A DNA stretch of 64,000 nucleotides from Monocercomonoides exilis PA203 (Eukaryota; Protista; Preaxostyla), in contig LSRY02000066.1 in assembly GCA_001643675.2 (NCBI GenBank), forward strand, positions 248,001 to 312,000. The letters run 5' to 3'. The translations under genes were made by a program, and so were the position numbers. The notes under the pieces were generated by a model. It searched no databases. It was given only the letters and a program-made list of their open reading frames with translations, and was not told the DNA's origin. Shown one piece after another: positions 1 through 13,400 of this stretch (within the stretch, counting starts at the first letter, position 1; every line of letters starts with the position of its first letter).

Positions 1-1119
1 AAAATAATAATATTTATTTTCGTTCATTTTGATAATATGAATAATGATATATAAATGGGGCTCAATAATTCACTTCAGGCATTTTCATTGAAAAATTATG
101 AACTTTTCATAGACATTTTGTGATCAAAAAAATGAATGAAAATGGGTACAAGATTTGACATTCGTGAAATCTTGAAAAACTTAATGGTTTGATTTCAACG
201 AATCCTGTTTATGGATATGAAAATTAAATTTATTTAGAAATCTGAGAAAGTGAAATAAAGAAATGAGTGAAGCAATTTTTCTATGCCTTGTGCAAAAAAA
301 AAAAGCTTGAAAGTCCGTATTTCCCCCCAAATATACTATGATTTAGTTCTCGTTATTAATAAAATAAAAATTGTGCGAGAAAAAACAAAGCAAGAGAAAT
401 ACATGTTGGAATTTATTACGAACGTTTTTCCTTTTTCTCCTGGTATGTCTCTCATCTATTAAAAACAACAAAAACTTAATTGAACTTTTGATCATTCTTT
501 TCTTTTTCATTTTTTTCTTTCGTCACATTAAACAGTTCAACTTTTAATCTATTTTTTTCTTTTCTATCTTTAAACGTAGCTCTGAGTTCATCTTTTTCCC
601 TTCTGGTTCCTTTTCATTGGGGAATTCTTTCTTGAACGCACTTGGAAAATATGAAGAAATGATCATCATCGGAACTATTTTTCGAAATGCAACAGTTTCA
701 AAAGAAAAATCACATAACCTCATTTCTTATGAACTGCAAAGAAAAAATCAAACTTATGGATTCCGAGAACAAAGCAAAATGCAAAAGAATTTCAAACATG
801 CATTCTCTTTCTCATTTTTTCTTTATGTTTATTCTCCGGAAGTATCACAATTGCACATTTTTCCCCTTGATCGGAGTCGTTTCCAACTTGAAAATTCATC
901 TTCAACCAACAACATCAAAATCAAACGTTTTTCTTTTCATTCCATTTTGATTTTTGGTTCAGTTCGTCATTCTTTCGTTTTCTGTGGTTAATACAAACTT
1001 ATTTATAATTTTCATGTTTCAAAAAAACATTACAAAAGTTCAATGGAATGGATGATAAATAAAAAGCTTTGTTCGATAAAAAAATCGAATTTGAATGTGG
1101 AGGAAATGATTCAAAAACA

Positions 1120-3820
1120 AAAATTATTCTAATGTCAAGGATTGCTTCAAGTGTTTGCATGTTAAAAGAATAACTTAGATCTCCGATAACGTATTTTGTT
1201 CTGGAAATAATTCATTCACAGCTGGCTTCACTGCAGGGGGAAACAATTAACGAAAAACACAATCCAGAATAAACTGTTTGAATATTTCCATATAATGCCA
1301 ACACTTGGTGATAAATATTGGGGTTATTTTTTTGTATATCATCCGGCTTTGATCTCATCTGCCTTTCAAACAACAGCTTGCAACCTTCTGAGCATTCCTT
1401 TTCCATGTCTCCTAAAACTTTTTTTGCATATTTCGAAAAATATGAGTCAAGCCTAGGAAACCAATCAACAAACAACGTGTTTTCTATCTGTTTCATGCTT
1501 TGTGTTTCTTTTTCTTCATTGAATTCTGCAATAATAGGTAATTTGCCAGTCGAAAACAATTCTTCAATATCAAAATCACCTTATCCTTTTAATTCTGACT
1601 GATGTCCTTCAAAAGAACAACGATAGGAACCGTGAATGTCATCTTCCAAACATGTTGTTTCATCCTTCTGATTATCTTCAAGGACTCCATCAATATCCAT
1701 CAGTTCTCTTTGTGATTCATTCATTGTTTCCTGTGAACAAACACTCGCTGAAGAATTTAAATTCAGATCCACACGTGTTGGTGTCGAAGAATTTGAATTG
1801 CTTGAATTTGAAGAAAATTCCGACGTTGTGGATATTTCTTTATCTTCCTGGATTTGATTTTGACTTGGGATTTGTTGTTCAATAAAAAATCGTTCATATT
1901 GTTAACTGAATTATCTTCCGCTTATAATAATCTACATTCGTAGCTTACTTCATCTTCTTCTCCAATGACTAGTTTCCTTTCATTTCTCTTTCCATATGTT
2001 TCTTGATCAGTTTCTTCCAGTTGCTGTATCAACAAAAGAATGTCATTCAATTTATTTTTTTCTTCAACAAACATATAAATATGAATTAGCACTCAATTCA
2101 AAAAATAAACACAAAAAATAATATCTAACCTGATTGAATTTTGGATTTAATTAAAAACACAGCCTGGGATTGGGGTCAATAATTCATCCTGGGTTTCCAA
2201 AAATTCACAACAAATATCAAAAACTTAAGTTAAAGAAATTAAAATAAATAATTTTAAAAACTCTTTTGCATTAAAGTCAACTGGATTAGGCTAAGGATTA
2301 AATAATGATGAAGTCATGTGTCTGAAGACTGAAGTATTTGTTGAAGAGGATAGACAAGAGATTTCAGCTTCTTTTTCAAAGAAAGATGGTGTTGAAAAGT
2401 TTCTGAGAGGAAAGAGTTGTTTTCGAACTAATTGAATGCCAATTGGTGTTGCAGCATATGAAAGCGCAATGAATACACCATGCGTTCCAACAAAAAAATA
2501 ACTACACATCAATATAAGCGAGTTCACGATTGAGTTTCTCCATTTTTCTTTTTCAAACTGAACGAGCTTCAAAATATAGAAAAAAACTCAAAAGTTCTTA
2601 ACAAAATTGTGAAAACTTGACTCAACTTGGTGCTGATATTTTCAAAATTCATATGAAGCAAATGAAAAAGGATTAAGAACACTTCTGCTTTGATGATATC
2701 CACAAGGCTATCCGTGTCTATTAAATGTTCCTTTCGAATTATTTTATTTTTTTCCTGATGAACGAAGCTATTTCGAACAATGAATTCCATCTTGTTGTGA
2801 TAAATGTTGGGGCGTGTTTCTTGAGAATGTTTTGTATTGGCTGAGTATGGGTTTTTTGAGTAAAATTTAGCATTCTTGTTTTGAGATAAAAAAGAAATGG
2901 AACTTTTGTGAATAAATTTGTGATTACCAAATTAATCAAATGATGACAATAATAAATATGAAAAGGAATAAAACTTCGATGCTTTTTTTCAATTGAATCT
3001 GCATTGCTTTCCTGGCTTGTGAAATTCTCGATAGCTCGAATTTGAGAAGAAAAGCCATCTGAACAAAAACTTCTGATAATTGCGTTAAATTTGCGGAATT
3101 CATTTATCATTTTATTAATAAAGATATTGAACTCGTTGACAGTTCCACAAGGTTGAAATAGTCCCCAAAATCGTGGTCTGCAATCTACGGATAATTTAGA
3201 AACCGTCATCACAATGATCTTTCTAATGGTGACTGAAGCTCCATTAAGCATTACACACACCCCACTGTTCCGTATTATCGATTCTTTTTCCTTCACAACT
3301 CTGGATTTTTCCGTAAGAACCATGTGTGCGATTTTCTTGCGTGTCAAATATGGGAATATTGATTCCGATGATAGTGATGGGTTTCTTTGTCCAGTTCTAA
3401 CTAATGAAGAAATAAATGTATTCATTTCTTTCGAAGACGAAGATAAAAATGATGAATTGCATCGACATATCAAAGATACAAACTGTTTTTGAAATTCTTG
3501 TGCATTAAAAGGTCCATCAATTATAGGGAAAAATCCAGTATCATTGAAAGATGATTTCTGATCTGGAATCTTTTGTTATCGTGTAATATTTCTGTATTTT
3601 TGAAATTCACAGTTGTGGTTCACCACCAACGAGTAACTTTTTCTCCCTGATATTCCACAAGCAAATCCATCCTTTGCATTTGGACATAGATAGTTCCTAT
3701 GACAATCTTTTTTATGGCACACCGTTTTCATCAACAAGTATGAAAGAAATCCATAATGATTCTCCGATGACTTCAAACGAAATTCGAGAAAGTGATTCAT
3801 TTTTTTCGAGGATGATCATA
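1120..3820 (-). mobile_element. Degenerate hAT-superfamily DNA transposase (pseudogenised)
   Basis: ORF 2739-3473 has hAT motifs SFCSDG, YCHHLINL (CxxH.LNL) and TTRWNS. ORF 1212-1559 ends PCSEASCE*, read on as IISRTKYVIGD...TLEAIL, matching the hAT dimerisation motif with an internal stop. Broken into several frames; boundaries approximate. Confidence 0.8.
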
Positions 3821-3850
3821 CACTTTCCATTAAAAAAAACAACAAAAAAA

Positions 3851-4374
3851 AATTGGGTGATTATTTTTGATGTCATATGGGTGATTATTTTTGAAATCAT
3901 ATTTTCTTGAAGAAAAATTTCGGTTTCAATTTTTTGTTTTGAAATAATGACGATGAACACAAATAAGAAATGGCTTCAACGAAAATAATTTCTGTCTTTC
4001 TTTCACATCAAAGTGTTCTTTTTGATTCAATAAAATGAACTTAACATTTCAACAAAAGTGTTATTTTCGAATTCATAAAACTCTTATAATTGTGAACACC
4101 ACGAAAAAAGTTATGATTTCAAAAATTATCACCCATATTTTTCCATTCAGAATTTTCTGTTCGAAAAAACTCCATTGATTATTAACAAATGAACATAGAA
4201 AAGAGAATATGCATTCTCATAAGTCCATCGTTTTCAATTCAGCTTATTCATTTGTTTTTGAAACAGTTCTGATGTATTAAGCACTTAAATGAAAAATCTT
4301 CACATTGTGACAAGCAACCTTTTAAAAAACAGCACACTGAAAATAGTTATGATTTCAAAAAGAATCACCCAATT
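3851..4374. repeat. Four copies of the motif TGGGTGATTATTTTTGAAATCATA, two forward (3851-3877, 3876-3901) and two reverse (4110-4137, 4346-4374); probable transposon subterminal repeats
   Basis: Read directly; lies just upstream of the hAT transposase remnant. Confidence 0.8.
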
Positions 4375-4849
4375 AAAAAAAATATTAATGTTTAAAAAAA
4401 GTTTAAAAACCTGGTCCGTATTTTGTTTCGCAGTGTTTTTGTAATTTCACAAATTGACAGCCTGTATCATTCAACTTCTTTCATGTTTTTTCGAACATAT
4501 CTTTCTTTAATAAAAAAACAATTTGTTTTATTAAAGAATTAAAATGGAAATGGAACATACAACAAAAGCATTTCTTAAACATCCGAGCAATTCCTTCGGT
4601 ATTTTTTCTTGTTCCTGATCTTCCTCTAACCCCAACATTTAGAGTGACCAGACGTGACGTCATTGACATCAAATAAGTTTCAAAATTCCGATCTTGACCA
4701 TTTCGTCAGTGAAAATCACATTATGGTATTTTTGATTTGAGAAAAAAAATAAAAATTAATAATATGATTAAACAAGCTCAGTGAAAAAAGAATCCTTTAT
4801 TATTAATGTTTTTCATTTCATAATCAAAATTCAATTTCACAAAGATTAT

Positions 4850-4883
4850 TGACTGACGTGAAAAATATTTTTCACGTCAGTCA
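4850..4883. repeat. Perfect 34-bp palindrome TGACTGACGTGAAAAATATTTTTCACGTCAGTCA
   Basis: Second half is the exact reverse complement of the first half. Confidence 0.95.
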
Positions 4884-5827
4884 GGAATCGAAAGGTCCAC
4901 GTCAATGGTCAGTACGTCACCCAGGGTTAATTTCTAAATATTTTTTCCGAGCACAAATGAAGCTGTTTTGAAAGATTTGTATGTCAAATGAGTTTGTATT
5001 AACGAGTTTCATTTTGTGGAAAATTGACAGAATTATTCCTCTTGTAGATATTGAAAAGTCGATCTTGCCCGGCATTTTTTGCACAAACTGTATAATGAAC
5101 AAAACTCAGAACGCAAAAAAAAATTTTTCTTTTCAAGTGCTATTATTTTTTCATCAAAAACAATGAATAAACATCCAACAGTTAATATTTTATTTATCGT
5201 TTATTTGGATAAATATCTTCATTGGAAAAAATATGACACAAATTTGAATCACTCATCCGATTATTGAATTGAATCACTCTTTTCAAAAAGATAAACTGAA
5301 CAAAAGTCTGTTTAAATGAAGAAAAACTTTATTTCAAAATGATTGCCACACAGAAATTAATCATTTTCAAATGAATAGATGTCATATGCACCAATTCACA
5401 AACATGAGATTATTGAAATGAAAATATGGAAATTTGTTGTTCAATTTCATTTTTGTTTAAAAGGTGATTCGTGCAAAATATTTTTTTCAGGGTTAATCAA
5501 TCACATAATTTTTGTATTTATAAATTTTATCACAGATAATTTTGTCAACATACCTTTCATCACTGGTCTCACAAATGTGGAATTAATTTTTGTAGAAATA
5601 ATTGTTTGAGTATTTTTTTTATGTAAACTCAAAATAAATTCATTTTTCAATATTTTAACTAATTTTTGTTTCAAAAAATAAAAGAACAAAGCATTATTTA
5701 TTTACGAGTTAAATATTTAAAAATAGCGTTAAATGAGTGGAAACAGAATAAAAAACTAGAAAAAAATGTATTCTTTAAATAGCAATATTGTACAAAAGCT
5801 CTAAAGACTCTTCGAATGTTTAATTAT

Positions 5828-8800
5828 TTAAAATCCTTGTTCGGCCCACTTCTTGTATTTCTCAAAGTCCTTCTTCTTATCTTCTGCCAACAATGCATGA
5901 AGGCGTTGGGCTTCATCTCTGTACATTCTTGCAAGTGAATCGAAACGAACCTCTTCATACAAAAACTTGGGCAACTCGCCTGATGGTGGTTTTGAATCCA
6001 GTGTGAATGGATTTTGTCCATCTTTTGCCTTCAATGGATTGTATCTCCACAAATGCCAGTATCCAGTATCAACAGCATTCTTTTGTTGTTGAACCATGTT
6101 GGTCAAGCCTCCCTTGATTCCATGATTCAAGCAAGGTGCATATGCAATAATGATTGAAGGTCCTGGATAAGCTTCAGCTTCATGGATTGCTCTCAATGTC
6201 TGCAAAGGATTGGCTCCAATTGCAACTTGTGCCACATAAATGTATCCGTATGTCATGAAGAGCATACCCAAGTTCTTCTTTGGTGTCTTCTTTCCTGACG
6301 TTGCAAATTGAGCTGATGCACCTCTTGGAGTAGATTTTGAACGTTGTCCACCAGTATTTGAATAAACTTCAGTATCCAAAACAACAACATTGATGTTATC
6401 GTCGCAAGCAAGAACATGATCAAGTCCTCCAAATCCAATATCATAAGCCCATCCATCACCTCCGAATATCCATTGGCTCTTCTTTGTGAACAAATCACGT
6501 CCGTCCCACAATTGTTTCAGAAGAGCTGAATCATCTTTGCATGGTTCAAGTGCCTTCTTGAGAGCATCACCAGATGATCTTGATTTCTCAGCATCATCTG
6601 CTGAAGTGATCCATTCTTGGGCAGCTTCCTTAACTGGCTGTGGAACAGAAGCCTCAGAAACAACAGCATTTGCCAAGTCAATAATTCTTGCTCTTCTCTG
6701 TTTTGTAGCAAGCAACATACCATAACCAAATTCAGCACCATCTTCGAACAAAGAGTTGGCCCATGCTGGTCCGTGTCCTTTTGTGTTAACTGCATATGGG
6801 CACCATGGAGCTGAACCTCCCCAAATTGATGAGCAACCAGTTGCGTTTGCAATTATCATTCTATCTCCGAACAATTGTGTAACCAATTTAATATATGGAG
6901 TTTCTCCGCATCCTCCGCATGCGCCTGAAAATTCCAAATATGGTTGTTTGAATTGGGATCCCTTGATATTTGGCTTCTCAACTGTTGAGTCAAGAATATC
7001 ATCACGAACGGGCAATTTCATGGTGTATTCCCAGTTGACTGCTTGTTCACGTTGAGTATCAAGTGGTTCCATTGAAATTGTCTTGACTGGGCAAACTGAA
7101 GCGCAAACACCGCATCCTGTGCAATCCAATGGAGAAATGGCCATTGTGAATTTGAATGCTTCAAATTCTTTTCCAGTTGCTTGTTTTGACTTATAATGTT
7201 CATTTGGTGCTTTTGCGAGCTCTTCGTCAGTCAAAAGATATGGACGAATAACAGCGTGAGGGCAATATGTTGAGCAAAGATTGCACTGAACGCATTTGTC
7301 TGGATGCCAGCATGCAACATTGGCTGAAAATCCTCTCTTTTCATATCTTGAGGTGCAAGTTGGCATGATACCACCATCAGCAAGACGGGTCAGAGTTGAA
7401 ACTGGCAAAGCATCTCCCTGATAATGACCGCATGGAAGCATGATTTCATTAACGAATTCTGGAGCTCCTTCAATGCGGAATGCTGGAGGCATTTCAACAT
7501 TTGCCCATGATTCTGGTACGGTGATTTCTTTCAATCCCTCAAGAGCATTATCGATACCGCGGATGTTCTTGTTAACGACTTCATCTCCCTTACGAGCGTA
7601 CATCTTCTTAACAGATTTCTTCAGTAAGTCCAATGCATGATCAATTGGAATAACGTTCGACAGTTTGAAGAATGCAACCTGCATGATCATGTTGATGAAG
7701 CGACCCAAACCAGATTCTTGAGCAATTTTAACTGCATCAATAACATAGAACTTCAATTTCTTAATTGCAAGATCACGTTTCACATCTCCGCTCAATCTTT
7801 GTTCCAATTCTTCAATTGTAGACCATGGGCAGTTAAGTGCAAAAGTCCCACCAGGACGAGCAGCTTTCAAGAGATGATAATGCCCGACATATCCTGGATT
7901 GTGGCAAGCGATGTAATCAGCGCAATCAACAAGATATGAAGCATCAATTGGTTTTGGTCCGAATCTCAAATGAGAGCGAGTGAGACCTCCTGATTTCTTT
8001 GCATCATATTCAAAGTATCCTTGGCAGAACATTTCAGTGTTTGATCCGATAAGCTTGATTGCCTCTTTGTTTGCTCCAACTGTTCCATCAGATCCAAGAC
8101 CCCAGAGCAAGCATTGAACAGTTCCCTTTGGTACAGAATCAATCACTTCATGAACTGGAATATTTGTGTGTGTAACATCATCGTTAATTCCAACAGTGAA
8201 ATGATTCTTTCTGTTAGCAGATGCAAGATTGTCAAACACAGCTTTGCCCAATGCACCTGTAAAGTCTTTTGATCCAAGACCATAACGTCCTCCAATAACA
8301 ATACGTTGTTCACCTTTTGATTGAAGAGTTGTGGCAACATCGAGATACAATGGCTCTCCAAATGAACCTGGTTCTTTTGTTCTGTCAAGAACGCAAATGT
8401 GAGTTGCTGTTTTTGGAAGAGCAGCCATGAATGCTTCAGCATCCCATGGTCTGTACAATCTGACCTTGATCACACCAACTTTTCCTCCTTCGCTATTAAT
8501 GTGATTTGCAACTTCTTCCATTGTTGAAGCTCCAGCTCCCATAACAACAACAACATGAGTTGCTTCTGGATGTCCAACATAATCAAACAAGTGATATTGA
8601 CGACCGATTGCAGCAGCAACTTTGTTCATTGTCTCTTGAACGATTCCTGGAATCTTCTGGAAAATGGAGTTTGAAGATTCAACAAGTTGGAAGAAAATAT
8701 CTGGTCCCTCTGATGTTCCTCTCATTTGAGGATGTTCAGGATTCAATGAACCATCACGGAATTTCTGAACTTTTTCGAAGTTAACAAGAGACTTGATTGT

Positions 8801-9489
8801 GTTATATGGAATCATCTTGATCTTTTGGATTTCGTGAGATGTTCTGAAACCATCGAAGAAATGCAGGAACGGCATTCCTGATTCAATTGCAGCCAAATGA
8901 GAAACAAGAGCCATATCCATGCATTCCTGAACAGTAGCTGCATTCAACAAAGAAAATCCAGTTTGTCTGCAAGCCATCACATCGCTGTGATCTCCGAAGA
9001 TGGAAAGTGCCTGTCCTGAAACAGCACGAGCTGCAACATGAAACACAGCTGGCAATTTTTCTCCTGCAATCTTGTACATGTTTGGAATCATCAACAAGAG
9101 ACCTTGAGAAGCAGTGAAAGTTGTTGTCAATGCTCCTGCAGCCAATGAACCGTGAACTGCACCAGATGCACCAGCTTCTGATTGCATCTCGGTGACGCTC
9201 ATGATCTGATCGAAAATATTTTTGCGTTGCTCAGCAGACCATTGGTCAACCAATGCTCCCATTGGAGTTGAAGGAGTAATTGGATAGATAACAGCGTTAT
9301 CGCTCATTGCATATGCAACATGAGCTGCGGCGGTACATCCTAATAATTATTTTGGTACAACAAATATGAACAATCCAATGATTAAGCAAATAAGAAATAA
9401 AATTAATGATCATAATTGCACAATTAGAACATCACAAAAAGCACTATTTATCACAAACCATCAACACAATCAATTTCTTTGTCAGTCAT
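5828..9489 (-). CDS. PFOR: Pyruvate:ferredoxin oxidoreductase, homodimeric type; 2 exons (9489-9459, 9339-5828)
   Basis: Spliced N-terminus MTDKEIDCVDG|CTAAAHVAYAMSDNAVIYPITPST. Two ferredoxin motifs (CVQCNLCSTYCP, CTGCGVCASVCP), ACGGCGETPY/ATGCSSIWG and TPP motif GDGWAYDIG. GT-AG intron 9458-9340. Confidence 0.97.
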
Positions 9490-10452
9490 TACTCAATCCA
9501 AAAAGCAAAATGCCAACGATCTTTTTTTTCCTATTGTGACACATTTACTCACAAATAGTGGGGATTTTTTAATTAATATGGGAACTTATTCCTGCTGTTT
9601 TCAAAGAAAAAGTGTATTTTTCCTTTTATACCAATGAAAATGTATTTGCTCAAATACAGCTTCAAAACATTTCGTAAATTGTTTTATTCATTTTTCCAAT
9701 GTTATAAATAGATTTTATATTTGATTGTTGTTGAAAAGATGCTTATCATTTAACTGTAAAACTTTTTGTTTGTCTAATATCACATATCGTTTTATCTTGC
9801 TTCTGATGAAATGTTCACAACCTAATTTCTAATTCAAAGTTATTTCATGATGTCTTCTTTGAGATTTTATCAAAAATACACAATATGAAATAACTGATAA
9901 TTTATAATAAAGTCATTTCTCTTTGACTCTTCAATTTTTATTTTTTAAAAAAGTTTTTAAAAAATCAACAAATTTGATAATAATAAAAGAAGTTTCAAAA
10001 ATATCATTATCAAAATTTAAAAAAAGCTCAGAAACTATTTCTTCAAAATATAAAAATATTCACAACACTTTATCTTCAATCTTATGAACGTGCAACCTTC
10101 AAAATTTCAAAAGATATTTCCCCGTTTTTTATTGATGTCTTTTGTTGTCAAATTATTTTCTGTGTTCCTTGAATGTTAATAAACAGGAAAAGATGAAAAT
10201 TTATGAATATATGTATATATATATATATGAATAAATGAATTAACCAATCAATTGAATTGATTCTTGACAATTTCATATCATGATATTTTTTTTTATATTT
10301 GAAATATTGTTAAATTCGCAGTTGCTGTATTCAAAATTTTTTGATACATTATGAATTGCAACAAGATGATTTTCAACTTTTTTATCCATGAATTTTTTAA
10401 AAAATCAATCAATTTTAATTTGATCATAACCCTTATATAAAATCATTATTGA

Positions 10453-13400
10453 ATGGACGAAATTACGCATGAAGAAGCTATTGCAGCATTCCATATGGAA
10501 GATCCTCAAGGCGAACCAAACAAGGAGAATATGGATGAAGCGAAAAAGAACGATAACATTACAGAACATACGGTTCGCTTATTTGTTGGACATATTCCAG
10601 AAAACGTCACAAGCAGTGATATTTCTGCTTTATTCAAGCCATATGCAACAACTCTTAAAATTAGTGTGAGATTTCTTTCTGTTGCGTAGACTTTTATTTC
10701 TTCAATACTGCATTTTGTTCTTCAGGCATGAAACACACATATTGTTTTATTCAGATGGAAGGGCAAATAAACGAGGCCATACGCAATTTAAATGGACGCG
10801 TTATTGCAGAAGGACGTCCCGCAATTAAAGTTGAGAAAGTGAAAGGAATTTGCAAACCAAATGAAAGAAGAGCTCATACAACACTATTTATAACAGGATT
10901 TCCAGGGGAAAAAGCTCTTTCTTCTGAACTGAAAAAGAGAGCAGAAGAATTTGGAAATGTTATACGGTTCGATTGGACGACATCTTATTGCCATGTTGAA
11001 TACAAAGAGCTTGAACAAGCAATGGAGGCAAGATCATCAATGGATGAAACTCTATTTGCAGGATCAAAACTAGTAGTCAAATATGCCCATACAGAAAGTT
11101 ATGAGTATGCTTTAACATTAAAAAAATTAAAAAATAAACAGAGATATTAAAAATTTACTTATTTACGATTGGATATTTTTGCTTTATTTGAACATTTATT
11201 TTCTCAAAAAAATTAACAAAGGCACAGAAAAGCCATGAAAGAACGACAAGAAAAAATGGCTAGTCGCAACGATTCAGGCAATTCACAACACAGGGAATAT
11301 CTTTTACCCGAGCCTGACGGAGGTCGCCTTTCTGCCTCAAAGACTTCTCGTAGCGCTCAACAGCGTTATGGCAATTCCTCACTGCCGTATCCCTCAGCTT
11401 CATCATCATCGTCATCGTCATCCAATTCAGGAAGCTCTCATTCAATGTACTTGTCTTCCCACTCCCAGTACATACCACATTCCTCGTCGCATTCTCGTTC
11501 AGATGGTACTCATTCCCATATCTCCTCCTCATCCTCCTCATCGTCTTCCTCTTCCTCCTCCTCTTCTTCCCACTACCACACGCATGGCCATTCCCGCAGC
11601 CACGCTCGCACCTCTTCTGCCACCCGCATCCATCCCCAGCTGGGCCTGCCAGTAGCCAAAGAGCAGCAGTACCAGCAACTGATCCAGCTGCAACAGCTCC
11701 AGCTCAAACAGCTGGCTCCACTCGACAAGCAGAAGCCGAAGCACACCCACTCTGCACACACCCACGGCAACACACACAACCCCCACACCCACCTACACCC
11801 GCATTCCGCTTCCCGCTCCTATTCCCGCTCTCGTTCCCGTTCCCGATCTCATTCTCGTTCCCACTCACGATCTCACTCACGTTCCCGCTCCCGCTCCAGC
11901 ACCCACTCCTCCTCCAGCTACTCCTCCTCCCGTTCTCGCACTCGCAATCACTCTCGCTCGTATTCCCGCTGCAATCACCGCCACTCCAGATCGTCTTCAT
12001 CTTCTGACTCTCGCTCTTATTCCTCTTCAACTTCAGCCTCCCGCTCACGCAGCCGGACGCAGTCTCGTTCCCACGTGCACGTGAGAGGGCGGACGCGCTC
12101 AAGGGCACATGGGCAGGATGCGCTGGAGAAGAGAGGGAAGATCGCAATGGAGCAGGAGAAAGGCATCATCGGAGGCGCTATCAACAGCCAGCAGGATGCG
12201 ATGATGATGATGATGGCGATGTCGATGATGAGCGAAGAGCAGAAGCAGATCTTCCAGCAGCAGTATCTCCTCCAGCAGCAGGCACAGGCACAGGCACACT
12301 CCCAGGCACAAGCACAAGCACAGGCTCAGTCCCATTCGATGCGTCTACCTTCGTCCTCAGTCATCATCAACTCAGGTGTCCCTTCTGGTGTTCCTGGTAT
12401 TCCTGTCTCAGAAGACATCTCTTCTGCAGGCAACACATCTCTTCCTGCACTCTCTTATTCTTATCCCTCTTCTCTTCCTTACTCCTCAAATGTGCCTTCT
12501 TCAGCATCTTCTCTTCCTGTATCTTCTGTGAATACCCAAACTTCCTCTCCTTCCTCTTCATTTCCTGTCCCCCTCTCTCTTTCTGACGCCCAGCGAATGT
12601 CCCAGCAGATACAGCAGAATCCAGCTGCAATGAATGCTCTTCTTTCACAAAGGCAATCTGACATCTCTTTGATGTCTTCGCAATATCGTTCTGCTTCTGG
12701 CACTCCATCTGCCGCAGATATTGCTGCCTCTGTTCCTCTGCCCCCTCCATCTTCGTCTGCTGCTTCTATCACTCCTTCTTCTTCCTCCTCCTCTTCCTCC
12801 TCTGCTGCTGCATATTCTGCCTACAGACTCACTCCCGAGGAATTAATGGCTGCCATGATGAAAGAGCAGAGCAGCTCTAACCGCCAAGGTACTTCTTCTT
12901 CTTCCTCCTCCTCTTCCTCTTTCCCTTCCACTTCTCGTCAATCGCTGCCTCAGATGTCCAGCCACATTAGTTCATTGCCACCTCATTCACAACAACAACA
13001 GCAACAGCAACAACAGCAACAACTTGATTCCAGAGGATATTATTCTGACCAGATGGCACAACAGCAAATGATGCAGCGTTCAACTCCATCGTCCTCTTCT
13101 GCTTCCTCTCCTTCTTCCCCTTCTGCTTCTTCTGCGTCTCTCTCTTCTTACTCGAATGATCCATCCAACAGATCATATTCTGTTTCTTCCTCTGCTCGTG
13201 CTGACTATCAGTACGCCCTTCCCAACGACATTTCCTCTTCCTCACACACAAACAAAGATCCTCGCTATTCCCTCACTCCTTACTCTTCTGCCCCACAAAA
13301 CATACCCCTCGATTCTGACCAGCGTTATCGTCACAGCTCCTCCTCATCCCCATCGTCCACCTCCTCCCATTCTTCCCCTTCCTCCCCTTCTCCTCCTTCC

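Noticed and set aside
617-991. Plus-strand ORFs 617-991 and 687-950
   Set aside because: No motif; AT-rich sequence flanking the transposon remnant
3851-4374. Possible CRISPR-like array of the 26-bp motif
   Set aside because: Mixed orientation, irregular spacing, no cas genes, eukaryotic context
6253-8784. Many short ORFs overlapping PFOR on both strands
   Set aside because: Shadow frames of a conserved, codon-biased gene
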